A stretch of DNA of 64,000 bases from assembly GCA_020184695.1 (NCBI GenBank), contig JAANOX010000188.1, positions 1-64,000 on the forward strand, in the 5' to 3' direction. The DNA comes from Histomonas meleagridis 2922-C6/04-290x (Eukaryota > Protista > Parabasalia). Shown one piece after another: positions 31,390 to 42,799 of this stretch; within the stretch, counting starts at the first letter, position 1; every line of letters starts with the position of its first letter. Under the pieces are notes generated by a model that saw nothing but the letters and a program-made list of their open reading frames with translations, was not told where the DNA came from and searched no databases. The translations under genes and the position numbers were made by a program.

Positions 31390-33188
31390 TTACTGAATCT
31401 TTTCTTTGAGCAAAGACAGGATATTTTCATTATTAAAGAGATTAATTGCAGTTAAACAAATTATGAAAAAATTTCAAATATTATTTTGAAATATTAAATT
31501 ATTAAAATAAATATCAAATAAAACAAGTAAATATTTTTAGCATTAATATCAATTCCTTCTTGCTCAAGAAGTAATTTAACTATTTCTGTATGACCATTTC
31601 TAGATGCTAAAATAAGTGCTGTATAAAAATAAGCATAAAAGAAAATCTAATTCATTAAAATGAACAGTAAAAAAGTTGGATAAATATCTTTTGAATTAAT
31701 ATCAATATCATTTTGTTCAATAAGCATTTTGAATATCTCAATATTGTTATATTGTGATGCCCAAATAAGTGCTGTTTTAAATGATTTCAATTAAATCCGA
31801 ATATCATTAAAACACATCAAATTTTAGAAAGATATTTTATACAAAACTAAAAAACATTTCTTGCACTAACATTAATATCTTCTTGTTCGAGAAGAAATTT
31901 AACTAATCCACAATTCTCATATTCTGATGCAACTATAAGTGCTGTATCAAACAATACCAATGAAAATTAAATATTTTAAAGAAATCCATTTCCCACGAAA
32001 TTAACATTAAATAGAAATATTGAATATCTTTAACATTTACATTGATTTTCTTTTGTGTTATAAGATATTTAACTAATTCTAAATTACCCGATTTTGAAGC
32101 TGCTACTAAAACATCATTTGCTATTTGAACTTCTTCATTAAAATATTGAACAAGAAATATATTTCCATTCTTAGCTGCTTCATTAATAAAAGTATCATCA
32201 ATTTCCATTCCTTCATCTTTGAAATATGTGAAAAGTTCTAGTTATTATGATAAATACATTGTCTTCCAAATTCGGCTATATATCTTACGTCTAAAATTTC
32301 GTTTTCATGAACATATTGCATAATATCAATTCGATGGAATTCAATTGCTGCTGAATATGCGCCTTCAAATGATGAATGATTTTGTTCACATAAATGAATT
32401 ATCTCTAAGTTTCCGCCTGCAATTGCATATTTACCTGTATTTTTAACATTTGCACCATTCATAAGTAAATATTTAAAACATTTAATTGATCCAAAAAATG
32501 CTTCATAATCAATTAATGTAACATTTTCTTGGTTAACGAATGAACATCTTTCATAAAGTGATGGTTCGATTGCTTGATTAAAATTAAAATTATCTCGTGA
32601 TGATATTTCTTGAAGTTTTTCTACTTCATCATTTCGAATTATTTTTGCAATTTCATTTGGATTAACTCCTTCTTTAATTAATTGTTTATGAAGCTCCCAA
32701 TCATTCTTTGAAAGTTCTTCATAATTATCTAAAAATTGTTCTGAAAAAGGTTCATATTCGTCATTTTTGAGTTCAACTAAAGTTTTGTATTGTGCAAAAT
32801 AAAATGACTTTTTGCGCTTAAGAATTTCATCACCAATAATATTTTTTTCATAAAGCTTTTCTAAAAGATAATCTGATTATTGCGTTGTTTTGATAAGAAG
32901 AATATGTGAAAAAATATCAAAAATATTGAAATCATTTTTAAATAATTCTTTTTCTTTTGCTTCAACTGCCTGTAAAAATTCAAAATATATGTTGAAATCT
33001 TTCATTCTAGAAACAAAAGATGAATATACTGAATGACAAAGAACAAAATTAAAAGAAAATGGAAAATTAATATTAAAAAGATCTAAAGCTATTTGAATAT
33101 CACTCAACTTACTTCTTTCGTTCATGTTTAATGTGATATTTTGGAGAGTTTTTAACATATGTAAAGATTCTTTTTCTTGGCTTTCCAT
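31390..33188 (-). pseudogene. DUF3447-type ankyrin gene (locus 2) with in-frame TAA (32877-32879), a 1-nt frameshift (~32240) and four spacers in the ankyrin array
   Basis: Paralog of locus 1 (NDWELHKQLIKEGVNPNEIAKIIRNDE, YAIAGGNLEIIHLCEQ). 93-nt ankyrin blocks are separated by spacers 31949-32025, 31779-31855, 31626-31685 and 31456-31532. The terminal half-repeat LTAINLFNNENILSLLKEKIQ* ends at 31390. Confidence 0.8.
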
Positions 33189-33679
33189 TAATGGAATTCT
33201 ATCAAGTGCAGATTGGCAAAAAATTGGGACCAACCTATTGAATATTGTGAAGAAAATATTTGACATTCGAAATCTCGAAGGGGTCAGCTGACCTTCCTGT
33301 GTTTTCCATAAAATAGAGGATATATCACATAATGACATTAAAAATTTTGTTTCAAAATTTGGCAGCACCTTATAAAAAATCAATGTTTTGGGTTTGCATT
33401 AAATATATAATAATAATTTTTTTTTTATTTATGAATTTTTTATGCATACTTTTCTTTTTTTATATTATTAATAATCAAAACAAATAATTTTTGCGACTTT
33501 TTTATGATATTTTTAATCAAACAAATTGTTTCTTTTTTGGGTTTCTGGCTGTTGATTTTAAATTCATTGATCGGTTAGAAACGATGTATCTCACAAAAAA
33601 ATTATTCAATTTTTGAAATTTCCACTCAAAATTTTCTATGAATAACAGTTTTATTTGTTTAAGTAACCGTTACTTTCAA

Positions 33680-34618
33680 ATGGATCCTGTGGTTGGAGAA
33701 GACACCACAAACTTGAGAGAGTCAATCAAATACTCTTTCTTCGGATTCATACAAATGCAGAACTTACTTACTCCAAGAAAACTGTTTCGCGATTTTTTTA
33801 CAAAGAGATCATTATTATGTTTACTTTGGGTTTTCTTGGCTATTTACATTATGAATATTTTTAATGCTATCACTTACAGCCGCATGCCAGTCGAAAGGGC
33901 GCTTCCAGATTTTATCGCTGATTCATTTAAACAATATGGAATGCTCAGAAATTCTCCTTCATACATGGACCACCAACCTGCTGACATAGTTTCTGTTACA
34001 GTTACAGCCCTTGCAATTGCTCTTAGCATTTTTAGGTATGATCTAATTAATCTTCCTAAATTGGCATGTGTTTATGCGCTATCATTGCACCTTAGAACAC
34101 TTTTATTCACCGTTACCACTCTTCCACCAACTTGTATTGGATATAAAAACTGTAAATGTCATACAATTCCATATCCTACAGTTTCCAAAATGCATTCAAT
34201 TCCCAAAATCGCATTCATTTATACTTTTGCAATGGGCCTTTTCTTAAATGAAGTACCGCAATGTGGCGATTTAACAATGTCTGGACATACAACATATCTA
34301 TGGGTTGTTACAAGATATCTCTTCGAGATTTTAGACAAAATTTTCTTTGGAAAAATGTTTAATGTTATCAAATTCCTTGTTTATACTATTCTTTCCCTTG
34401 TTTTAATCACAATTATAATGATTCGAAATCATTACACAATCGACATAATCCTTGGAACAGTGTTCACAAACATCATCTGGGAACTATACTCCAAGTTACA
34501 GGCAATAAGAACCTTTGAATGTGGTGACTTCGAAAATACATTTCTCGGCAAATTCATCAATTGGATGGAAAAAGGCAGAGAAAGGCACACAAGTGATGTT
34601 GACAGTGATGAATCATGA
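33680..34618 (+). CDS. Sphingomyelin/IPC synthase family (PAP2_C) membrane protein
   Basis: LRTLLFTVTTLP, CGDLTMSGHT and RNHYTIDI catalytic motifs; multiple TMs. AACCGTTA at 33665 favours the ATG at 33680. Confidence 0.88.
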   Translation: MDPVVGEDTTNLRESIKYSFFGFIQMQNLLTPRKLFRDFFTKRSLLCLLWVFLAIYIMNIFNAITYSRMPVERALPDFIADSFKQYGMLRNSPSYMDHQPADIVSVTVTALAIALSIFRYDLINLPKLACVYALSLHLRTLLFTVTTLPPTCIGYKNCKCHTIPYPTVSKMHSIPKIAFIYTFAMGLFLNEVPQCGDLTMSGHTTYLWVVTRYLFEILDKIFFGKMFNVIKFLVYTILSLVLITIIMIRNHYTIDIILGTVFTNIIWELYSKLQAIRTFECGDFENTFLGKFINWMEKGRERHTSDVDSDES

Positions 34619-34810
34619 GCGGTTATATTTTTCTTTTATATATATATATTAAATCTTCTTTCCCTTATTTCTTGTTTATACATGTGCTAGCTGTGGTGAA
34701 GTCATGTTTAACATGCTGTAAGTTGAGAAATCTTCATGCAAATTGTTCGTAGTTTTGTTTCATCTAAAGTATTGATTGTGTGAAAATTTTAACTGCATCT
34801 GTTAATTATA

Positions 34811-35163
34811 TAGGGTGTTCCACCCCAACTGTAGTATCTCACTCATTTTTTAAGTTTTTTTAAATTTATTAATAAAAATGAAATGTTTATTAAATATACT
34901 CTCCATTTGTTTCGATAACTTTTTTAAGTCTTTTTTCCCATTCGTCAAAAACGCTTTGCAATACATCTTTCGTAAAAATTTTAAACGTTATTTTTTTTGC
35001 ATTCAATTAAAGAAAAATCGATTATTAGTTAATGATAGACTTGACAATAATTATTTTTAAATAAAAAACAAACCCCATTAAATTTAGTGTTTTTATTTAT
35101 ATAAAAAATATTATTGTGTCTATTCTATATAAAGAGATACTACGGTAGGGGTGAAACACCCTA
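34811..35163. mobile_element. MITE / non-autonomous Tc1-mariner-like element, ~30-bp TIRs, TA TSD
   Basis: Left end ta|tagggtgttccaccccaactgtagtatctc versus reverse complement of right end ta|tagggtgtttcacccctaccgtagtatctc (3 mismatches). AT-rich non-coding interior. Confidence 0.85.
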
Positions 35164-35277
35164 TAATTCTAAACGAAACTTAAAAAAAAAAAAATAAAAA
35201 TATTTTTCATATAAAAATATTTACCATTTATGTAATAAGATAAATATTTTATTCGATTTTTAGGTAATTTCATTATT

Positions 35278-36405
35278 TCATATCAATTTCTTGATTTGAT
35301 CTTCCCATTGCTTTTGGAAACTTTCAAATCCAAAAAGTTGAGCATGCTTTTTAAGTGATTCACAATGATCACTATCGTTTATCACCTTAACCATTGCTTT
35401 TGCAAATTCGTTAGGATCAGAATCACAAAGTTTGCATCCATCAGTATTAATTGTTTCAAGTGGTCCTCCAGAATTGCAACCTATAACAGGCACACCAACG
35501 CTCATTGCTTCAATCGGCACAATACCAAAGTGTTCATTTGTTGGTGTGTAAATAACAGCTGTAGCATTGCCGATAAGCCGCCACTTTTCTTCATCGGTTA
35601 TATTTCTGAGAAAAGTGACGTTATTTTCAATGCCGTTGTAACGTGCGATGGCTTTTAATTCTTCTTCGTGTTCAACGTTTTCGGAAACCATTGGATCATA
35701 GCCACCAGCAATTATTAGCTTAGCGTCTGGGTTTGTTTTGTTTACAATTGCAAGCGCTTGAATTGCTAAACCATGGTTCTTCTTTCTTTCATATCTGTTT
35801 AAGGATATAAAAACTGGTTTCTCAGGTCTATTTCTTTCAACTTTGTGGCTACAATCAACACATGGATAAAGTACTTCAACGTTTTCGATTCCAAGAACTT
35901 GTTTTGTTTTTCCTGCTGTGAAATTAGAATTGACTAGAATTAGATTAGCTCTTTTGATACCAAACTTTTCAATAAAATCAAATGGAAGTCTATACAATTT
36001 GCGTAGAGTTGAATCATGCGGTGCAAGAAGTAAATCAGGAAAATGACAATAAAAAATAACTTTGGCTTTTGGCTTTAAAAGGCGAAGGATTGGAACCCAT
36101 GCTGATATTTGGTCAACAATAAAAATTTCTGCATTGCTTAACATTGCACATCTAATTGTTAACCAAAGATTACGGAGTAAGGCAAAAATAATGTGAAAGC
36201 AACCAAAGATATGACGTGGTATGTAGTTTCCATGAATGTGAATGTCAAAATCAGCAGCATCCTTGAAAGCTCGATCTTTTTCGTATCTTGAAGTCCATAT
36301 TGATGTTTCTAGGTTTCCTGCTTTTACAGCATGAGCTACATCTAATATTAGACGCTCAGCTCCTCCAATACCAAGATCTGGATGAATGATGGCGATTTTT
36401 GGCAT
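35278..36405 (-). CDS. ALG2: Alpha-1,3/1,6-mannosyltransferase (GT4)
   Basis: IHPDLGIGGAERL, FYCHFPDLLL, SLNRYERKKN, EHFGIVPIEAM. Confidence 0.93.
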   Translation of the reverse strand: MPKIAIIHPDLGIGGAERLILDVAHAVKAGNLETSIWTSRYEKDRAFKDAADFDIHIHGNYIPRHIFGCFHIIFALLRNLWLTIRCAMLSNAEIFIVDQISAWVPILRLLKPKAKVIFYCHFPDLLLAPHDSTLRKLYRLPFDFIEKFGIKRANLILVNSNFTAGKTKQVLGIENVEVLYPCVDCSHKVERNRPEKPVFISLNRYERKKNHGLAIQALAIVNKTNPDAKLIIAGGYDPMVSENVEHEEELKAIARYNGIENNVTFLRNITDEEKWRLIGNATAVIYTPTNEHFGIVPIEAMSVGVPVIGCNSGGPLETINTDGCKLCDSDPNEFAKAMVKVINDSDHCESLKKHAQLFGFESFQKQWEDQIKKLI

Positions 36406-36752
36406 AAAACCAAATTATGGAAGCGAACGTTAAATAAAAAATATTTGTTCAGAAGAAAATAAGATCAAAATAAAACACCAAAATTTTCAGTTAGAAAGAA
36501 GTTAAGAACTTAAGATTTTCCACAATTTGTTTTTGTAGAAATATTATAAATAATGTAATATAATTATTTGGTTGACCTCAAGAAGCTTTTAATTGGTTAA
36601 CGATATTTTTAAAATGTAGTTTGACGAAGACATTCACAAAAAAACGCATGGGGTTCCTAGGGACTTTAAAATTAAATAATGATTATTTTTAAAAACAAAA
36701 GAAGCTAGTGACACTTTAATAAATTGAAGTTGTTTTGGTGAATGTCAGCATT

Positions 36753-37295
36753 TTAAAGGTTTTCAATCATCCAATTGACAATTCCATCAACATTTGTTCT
36801 CTTTTTGGCGGAAGCACAAAACAGCTTGACCTTGTGTGACTCCACTTCTTGAAGGCGGAGTCTAGCAACAATATCATTTTCTTTGAGTGCCTCTGGTAAA
36901 TCTTCTTTATTTGCAATTACCAAAATTGGAATGTTTTCCAACTCTGGATCCTCAAAGAGGGATTCAAGTTGTGATTGGCTTGAGTCAACAGCTTCTTGGT
37001 CAGAAGAATCTAAAACGTAGAGAATAACATTTGAAGTCTTGCAATGAGTGCTCCATAAATATTGATATGATTGGTGTCCTCCAATATCATAAACAATGAA
37101 TTCAACGTTTCCAACTTTAGTTGTTGATGAGCGTGCACCAATTGTAGGCATTGTCTCAGCTTCTGTATCTTCGCCTGAAATTGCGCGAACAAGCGTGGTC
37201 TTTCCGGCGTTTGGAAGCCCAACAATCGTAATTGATAGTTGCTTCTTAAAGAAAAGGCTCATAAGCCAACGCCAGAACCGGACAAAAGGGTTCAT
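36753..37295 (-). CDS. Arf-like small GTPase, ARL8-like
   Basis: N-terminal FWRWLMSLFFKK, GLPNAGKT, PTIG, DIGGH, ANKED, CASAK. Confidence 0.85.
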   Translation of the reverse strand: MNPFVRFWRWLMSLFFKKQLSITIVGLPNAGKTTLVRAISGEDTEAETMPTIGARSSTTKVGNVEFIVYDIGGHQSYQYLWSTHCKTSNVILYVLDSSDQEAVDSSQSQLESLFEDPELENIPILVIANKEDLPEALKENDIVARLRLQEVESHKVKLFCASAKKRTNVDGIVNWMIENL

Positions 37296-38013
37296 CTATT
37301 TTAATTCGGTTACTACACAAATTTCAAAAGTGTTAACATTATGATCGGTTTGTCAATAAAAACAAACGATGAACCACAATTCAAAGGAGACTGTCGTCAG
37401 AATGACCGCAACCAGTCAAATCTCATTGAAATTTTGGCAAAGATCGGGTTGTTGTTTAAAAGCATTTGTGGGGTTATTCTTGAATGGACGAAATATCATA
37501 AAATGCAAACAGCGTCGTTTTATTTTTCTTTTATTTCCATTTAGTAAAAATCATTTTAATTTTTAAAATATTAACTTGATTTTAAGATTAGAACTTATTG
37601 AGTGATAAATGTTTTTCATTAATTTTTCTTTAAAAATATATTCAATTCCATATTGTTTTATTTAAAACAAGAACTGTTTTGTTCTATTTTGAATTTTGAA
37701 TAATTTTTTCATTGTTACAGTCCACATTAAAATATCATAAACTCACGTATTTTATGATAAAAAAGCATCCTGGCAATAAATATTTATTTTGAATTCGATT
37801 TAATCGTATTTTCGATGCATTCAATTTTTACTTTTTTTTTTTTAAGAAACAGACAGATTGCAATCCAAATGTTCATAAATTTTCACAGTATCTGTAAAAA
37901 ATTTGAGCACAAGGGGCATGCCAAAGGGGTGCGTATGATTCAAACCTAAGGCAAAACCTCCTTTATACGCCGTCAAGATGATTTTTATCAGCCTCGTTTT
38001 TTGGTGGCCTATA

Positions 38014-38275
38014 TTTAATAAAAATTATGGAAATACATGGTAAATCTGTTCAAGCAATAGCTTGGGACATTCACGCTTCAGAGTAGTATCGATCTATCTC
38101 TTCTATATATTTTCGTAGCAGTTGTTCTCTATCGTGTTTCCAGAAAAGACTCTTTTCAAAATGTTCCAAATTGGCTAAGCAATGTCCATGAATACTCTGA
38201 CAACAGAGTTGCAATTATGCTTGTTGGATCAAAGTGTGATCATGATGAAATTCTAGAAGTTTCTTCTATTGAAGA
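38014..38275 (+). pseudogene. Rab GTPase remnant
   Basis: KIMEIHGKSVQAIAWDIHASE*YRSISSIYFR and, in another frame, SFQNVPNWLSNVHEYSDNRVAIMLVGSKCD. Confidence 0.75.
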
Positions 38276-39162
38276 ATTGAATTCAGAATCGAACCAAAAA
38301 TAAAAAAGAAGAAATTAATGAAAATGAAAACCAAACTACATATATATTCGCAGTAGGAATTTCTTGTAATTACAATTGAGATGGAAATTAATAAATAGAG
38401 GGATTAAAGGCTTGCATGAAAAGCACTTTTATTCGCTTTCAAGAAACTCATTATATATAATCATCATAACTTATTTGAGTTATTCGCTATATATTTTTTT
38501 GAAATACTTCTATGTTAAAAATTGTTTAATTAGATGGGAAAAAAGAGGGAAAATTTATGTGTTAAACAAAAGAAACTAAGAAAAAAAGAATTAAGTCAAT
38601 AGTTGTGAAAAATAAAATACATATTTCATGATCAGATAATGATTATCATTAGTTATTGACGTCATTAACTAACTGTTAAACCGTTGTCTGTTTGTTTTCG
38701 CATAGTAGAAAGATGGTATAGCATAGATAAAATTGGTAAAATCTTGTTTAGCTTTTTATTGTTTCCTTTTTCCATTTTTAAGGAAATAAATTGATGGTGC
38801 TTGGATATCAATTACATCAGCATCACAGGAAATTCCAAACATGAATCCTTTGTTCTTAAAGACACTGTGTTAATCAAAATTCACATTAATTTAAAAGACA
38901 TCTTTTCTTATGTGACACGAATAAAATACAAAACTTGAGGAAAAAACTAGAATCACTTTCTGAGGACAATCTTGTAAGTTTTTAGTGTGTGACAAATGCT
39001 TCGAATTATGTAACTGCCCCCACTTCACGCTCGACTTTTTGAATTCCAGTAAGGCCATGTCATTCCGGTTATCAACACAAAAAATGACCACACGAACGAT
39101 AATTTGTTTGTCTGTAATCTCAAAAAGTTACTAAACGGTAATATATAAACAGCCTTCACAAA

Positions 39163-39975
39163 ATGGTAAACTGTACAGGTGAATATGTTCCATGGATTCA
39201 TGATGTTTTTAATGAATGTGTAATAACAACTATGGACAAGCTTAGCTTTTATTTTGGACTTGCATCAACAGTGATATGGATGTATGCTCAAATTCCACAA
39301 ATTATATTATTCTTCAAAACAGGTCAAACGGATGGCTTTTCTTTTATTTTTATTTGCTTCCTTCTTTTTGGTGATACATGCAATCTTTTAGGAGTAATCA
39401 TAAATAAAAAATTAGTAACACAATTAATTACAGCAACTTGGTACGTAGCTGTAGACGCATTTACTTTGTTCCAATATATTTACCTTAAATGGTTTAAGAA
39501 TGTATGTTTCAGTGAGAAAAATAATTCCAAAGTTGATAATGATTTGAATCCACTTTCTATAAGTCCATTACTTATTGCAACAGCTGCATCAACCACGCGA
39601 CTTCTTGAAAATAGTTCAGGTCCATATGATTCGGATCAGATCTTTGGTACAATTCTTGGTTGGTGCTCATGCTTTTCTTATATTACATCGAGAATCCCTC
39701 AGATTGTAAAAAATTGTCAAAGGCGTGATACTACAGGGTTTTCAGCCAAGTTTTCAATATGTGCAATTTTAGGAAACGTCACATACACTATTTCAATTTT
39801 CTGTAAAGATTACCACTGGCCTTATATATGGGGACAATTCCCATGGATTATTGGCTCAGCAGGGATTTTATTCTTTGATTTCACAATCATAGGACAATAT
39901 TTTGCATTTAGAAAAAATAAAGAACCTGCTGCAGATTATCTTTTGATTAATGCAGAAGTTGATGAACAGAAATAA
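39163..39975 (+). CDS. PQ-loop (PQLC2/Ypq-like) lysosomal amino acid transporter
   Basis: Two PQ motifs (YAQIPQII, TSRIPQIV) and ~7 TMs. Confidence 0.9.
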   Translation: MVNCTGEYVPWIHDVFNECVITTMDKLSFYFGLASTVIWMYAQIPQIILFFKTGQTDGFSFIFICFLLFGDTCNLLGVIINKKLVTQLITATWYVAVDAFTLFQYIYLKWFKNVCFSEKNNSKVDNDLNPLSISPLLIATAASTTRLLENSSGPYDSDQIFGTILGWCSCFSYITSRIPQIVKNCQRRDTTGFSAKFSICAILGNVTYTISIFCKDYHWPYIWGQFPWIIGSAGILFFDFTIIGQYFAFRKNKEPAADYLLINAEVDEQK

Positions 39976-40107
39976 AAATAAAGTTAAATTATATATACAT
40001 TTGGTTTCATTGTTTTAAGATTAATATTAATGATAAAAAATGATTAATACATATAAAGTAAAATAGTTTTTGTAAAATTTTATTTCATGTTTCGTAAAAT
40101 TTTTTAA

Positions 40108-41919
40108 ATGAATGAAGATGAATCCCCTAATCTTTCGGATCCAATAGAACAACATAAGTACATTCAAAAGATTCATGATATAACATCTACAAAACTTCCT
40201 AATATAAGGGAATCAATAAATAAATTTTTAACTCAATTTGAAGAACAAAAAACTTCATTGAATTTATTACATGATGAAATTAAAGAGCAACATATAATAT
40301 TAGAAAACATAAACCTAGCACATTCTTCATTACAAAAAACATTAAGTCTTTTAAATGAAGATACTGTATTTGCTAAAGTCATTAATTCACCAGTCGAAGC
40401 AAACTTCGAAGAATACATTCAAACAATGAAAAAATTAAAAAAAGCAATTTCAGTTCTTGAAAAACTTAATTTTAGGGAATCTTCTATATCTAAGACAAAA
40501 ATGTTAAGTCTTCAGTCTATAGGATGTGTAAATTTATTAAACTATTTCGAATCAATTATTAGACAAAATATAAAACCATTTCCAATTTCTGATTTTGAAT
40601 ATAAAGGAGGTAAGTTTAATATTTGTAATGAAGAACTTATTAAAGATATAACATATCCCATTTCATCTGAAAATTTTAATGATCTTAATAAAATTTCAAA
40701 TGTGCTTTCTGATATTTCATATGATTCATATATCAAAAAATATATTTATTATAGATTAATTTTTATTTATTCCTCATTAAGTACTTTGTTCCAAGAGTCT
40801 GAAGAACGTAAAATCATTGGAAAAACTTTTGATATTCTTGAGATTCCGATTTATGAACGTCATTCACATTCAATACATTTTCTTATTAATTTTTTTCTTT
40901 TTCTCTTAAAAAGAGAAGCTGAAATTGCAAATAAAATATTTGGAAAAGGATATCATTCAATTCTAAGTAAAATTATGGATTCTCCATTTGGTCAATTAAC
41001 AAATGCAATACAAAAAATGCATTCTGATGCATATTCATCCCATATTAATGTATTTTTTGATCTTGACTTATTATCAACAATTCAAAGTGCAATAAGTTCA
41101 TTTGATCCAATTCATAATAAGGATTTAGTAGGTAGCCAAAGATTAAAAGTTCTTTCTGAAGTTATTCGACCTTTTCAAAATACGATACAGAAAGTACTTG
41201 ATCTTTTTATGGAATCTGTCGAGAATCATGATTATTCAATGATTCCAAATGATGGAAATATTAGTCCTTTAACATCAAATATAATTCTTTTCCTTAAAGA
41301 ACTTTCTCAATATCAAGATGTATTAAAAACAATTCCTAATTATTCTTTTGATACAATAACCACAACTACTATCAGTAATTTAACATTAAATCTTTTAAAT
41401 AAATCTAAACATTATCAAGATCAAGTTTTAACTCAGATATTTAATATAAATAATTTTAATTATGCATATAATTCTATTCAACACTTTGAAATTGATAAAT
41501 TTATTAGTAATGAATCGCTAATAAATTTAGAAGAAATTATTCATAATTCACAAGAACAGTATGTTAAATTAACATGGGATATCGCATTTTCAAAGCTTGA
41601 TGAAAAAGAAGGTTTTGGAGAGATTAAAATGAAAGGCAAATTTGTTTCTTTAAATAAGAAACAAAGAAAAATAATTAAATATCAGTTTCATGATTTCCTT
41701 GGAAAGTGTGATGAAATCATCTTAAAACATGAAAAGTATACCATATATAATCCAAAATACTTAAATGTGATTTTAAATGACACAATAAGAAGGATAAACA
41801 CAATTTATGTAAAGTATTGGTCAAAGTGGAAAGATAGTAATTTTTCAAAAACGCCTGAAAAATGGATTGTATATCAGCCTCCGATGCTCTGTAATCGTGT
41901 CACTTTACTTTATTCCTAA
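40108..41919 (+). CDS. EXO70: Exocyst subunit Exo70
   Basis: PNDGNISPLTSNIILFLKEL, QIFNINNFNY, Y.KLTW, IKYQFHDF...DEIILKH..Y, and KWIVYQP near the C-terminus; helical, 603 aa. Confidence 0.78.
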   Translation: MNEDESPNLSDPIEQHKYIQKIHDITSTKLPNIRESINKFLTQFEEQKTSLNLLHDEIKEQHIILENINLAHSSLQKTLSLLNEDTVFAKVINSPVEANFEEYIQTMKKLKKAISVLEKLNFRESSISKTKMLSLQSIGCVNLLNYFESIIRQNIKPFPISDFEYKGGKFNICNEELIKDITYPISSENFNDLNKISNVLSDISYDSYIKKYIYYRLIFIYSSLSTLFQESEERKIIGKTFDILEIPIYERHSHSIHFLINFFLFLLKREAEIANKIFGKGYHSILSKIMDSPFGQLTNAIQKMHSDAYSSHINVFFDLDLLSTIQSAISSFDPIHNKDLVGSQRLKVLSEVIRPFQNTIQKVLDLFMESVENHDYSMIPNDGNISPLTSNIILFLKELSQYQDVLKTIPNYSFDTITTTTISNLTLNLLNKSKHYQDQVLTQIFNINNFNYAYNSIQHFEIDKFISNESLINLEEIIHNSQEQYVKLTWDIAFSKLDEKEGFGEIKMKGKFVSLNKKQRKIIKYQFHDFLGKCDEIILKHEKYTIYNPKYLNVILNDTIRRINTIYVKYWSKWKDSNFSKTPEKWIVYQPPMLCNRVTLLYS

Positions 41920-42015
41920 TTAAAATTCTGTACTCTTTTTTCATTCAAATTTTATTAAATTCTATTAAAAATAATTGTGCCACACAACATTCAGAATACA
42001 TTTTGATCTTTATTA

Positions 42016-42696
42016 ATGTTTTGCATGTTTCTTTTAATATCTTTGGCCGAAAAACCAAGGCGGAGACGAAGCCATACGGCTATCATTAATGATTTAACTG
42101 AAAAGCAAAATAATGAAGAATACAAATCCGATCAACATAGAGGAAGTAGAGATAAAAAAGCACACCATATCAGACACACAGAAGAAGGCTTGCAAAATCC
42201 AGTTGAAAATCCAAATGAAAACATAAATTTAGTCAATCAAATTCCTGAAGATGATTCTTCTCATAGAAAATCAGGGAGAAGTCGCAAAGATAGGCATAGC
42301 TCAAGACACAGTTCAAATAGGCATCACAGACGAAAGTCATCGAGTGATGATCAATGTAATTCTGATTCTGATTGTCATCAAAATGCTAAATGTACTGAAG
42401 GGAAATGTGTATGCAATGAAGGTTATACAGGTGACGGATTAAATTGTGATTATTTATATAATCCTTATACCATGCAAATCAAAGAATTACTCAAAACATA
42501 CAAAATTTTCATACCAATAGTCGTGGTTTTATGTTTGTTGATTATTTGGATGTGTTTTCGAAACAGAAAGAAAACCAAAAATGAAAAAGTGTTTCAAAAA
42601 CATTATCTACCAGTTACTCTCAACAAAAAACTTCAACCTCAAAACGAAGAGCAAGGATTCAACGTCCATTTTGAACCACTTAATTCCCGTGGTTGA
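42016..42696 (+). CDS. Single-pass membrane protein with one EGF-like domain
   Basis: Signal peptide, H/R/S-rich stretch, CNSDSDCHQNAKCTEGKCVCNEGYTGDGLNC, then TM IFIPIVVVLCLLIIWMCF. Confidence 0.8.
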   Translation: MFCMFLLISLAEKPRRRRSHTAIINDLTEKQNNEEYKSDQHRGSRDKKAHHIRHTEEGLQNPVENPNENINLVNQIPEDDSSHRKSGRSRKDRHSSRHSSNRHHRRKSSSDDQCNSDSDCHQNAKCTEGKCVCNEGYTGDGLNCDYLYNPYTMQIKELLKTYKIFIPIVVVLCLLIIWMCFRNRKKTKNEKVFQKHYLPVTLNKKLQPQNEEQGFNVHFEPLNSRG

Positions 42697-42799
42697 GGAT
42701 CCTCATGGTTTTCTGATCAGAAAACAGTAACTCAGCGCTTTATTATGTAAATCAAACAAATTTTTGAATTTTATGAACGTTTACATTTCTGAGCTTATG

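Noticed and set aside
22977-32879. TAA/TAG reassigned to an amino acid (in-frame stops in BspA and ankyrin genes)
   Set aside because: Conserved genes such as RPL12, UBC and MAF1 end in TAA at the expected positions and have no internal stops.
38637-38671. Adjacent palindromes including TGACGTCA
   Set aside because: Short, mostly AT-rich, far from any start codon and not repeated elsewhere in the window.
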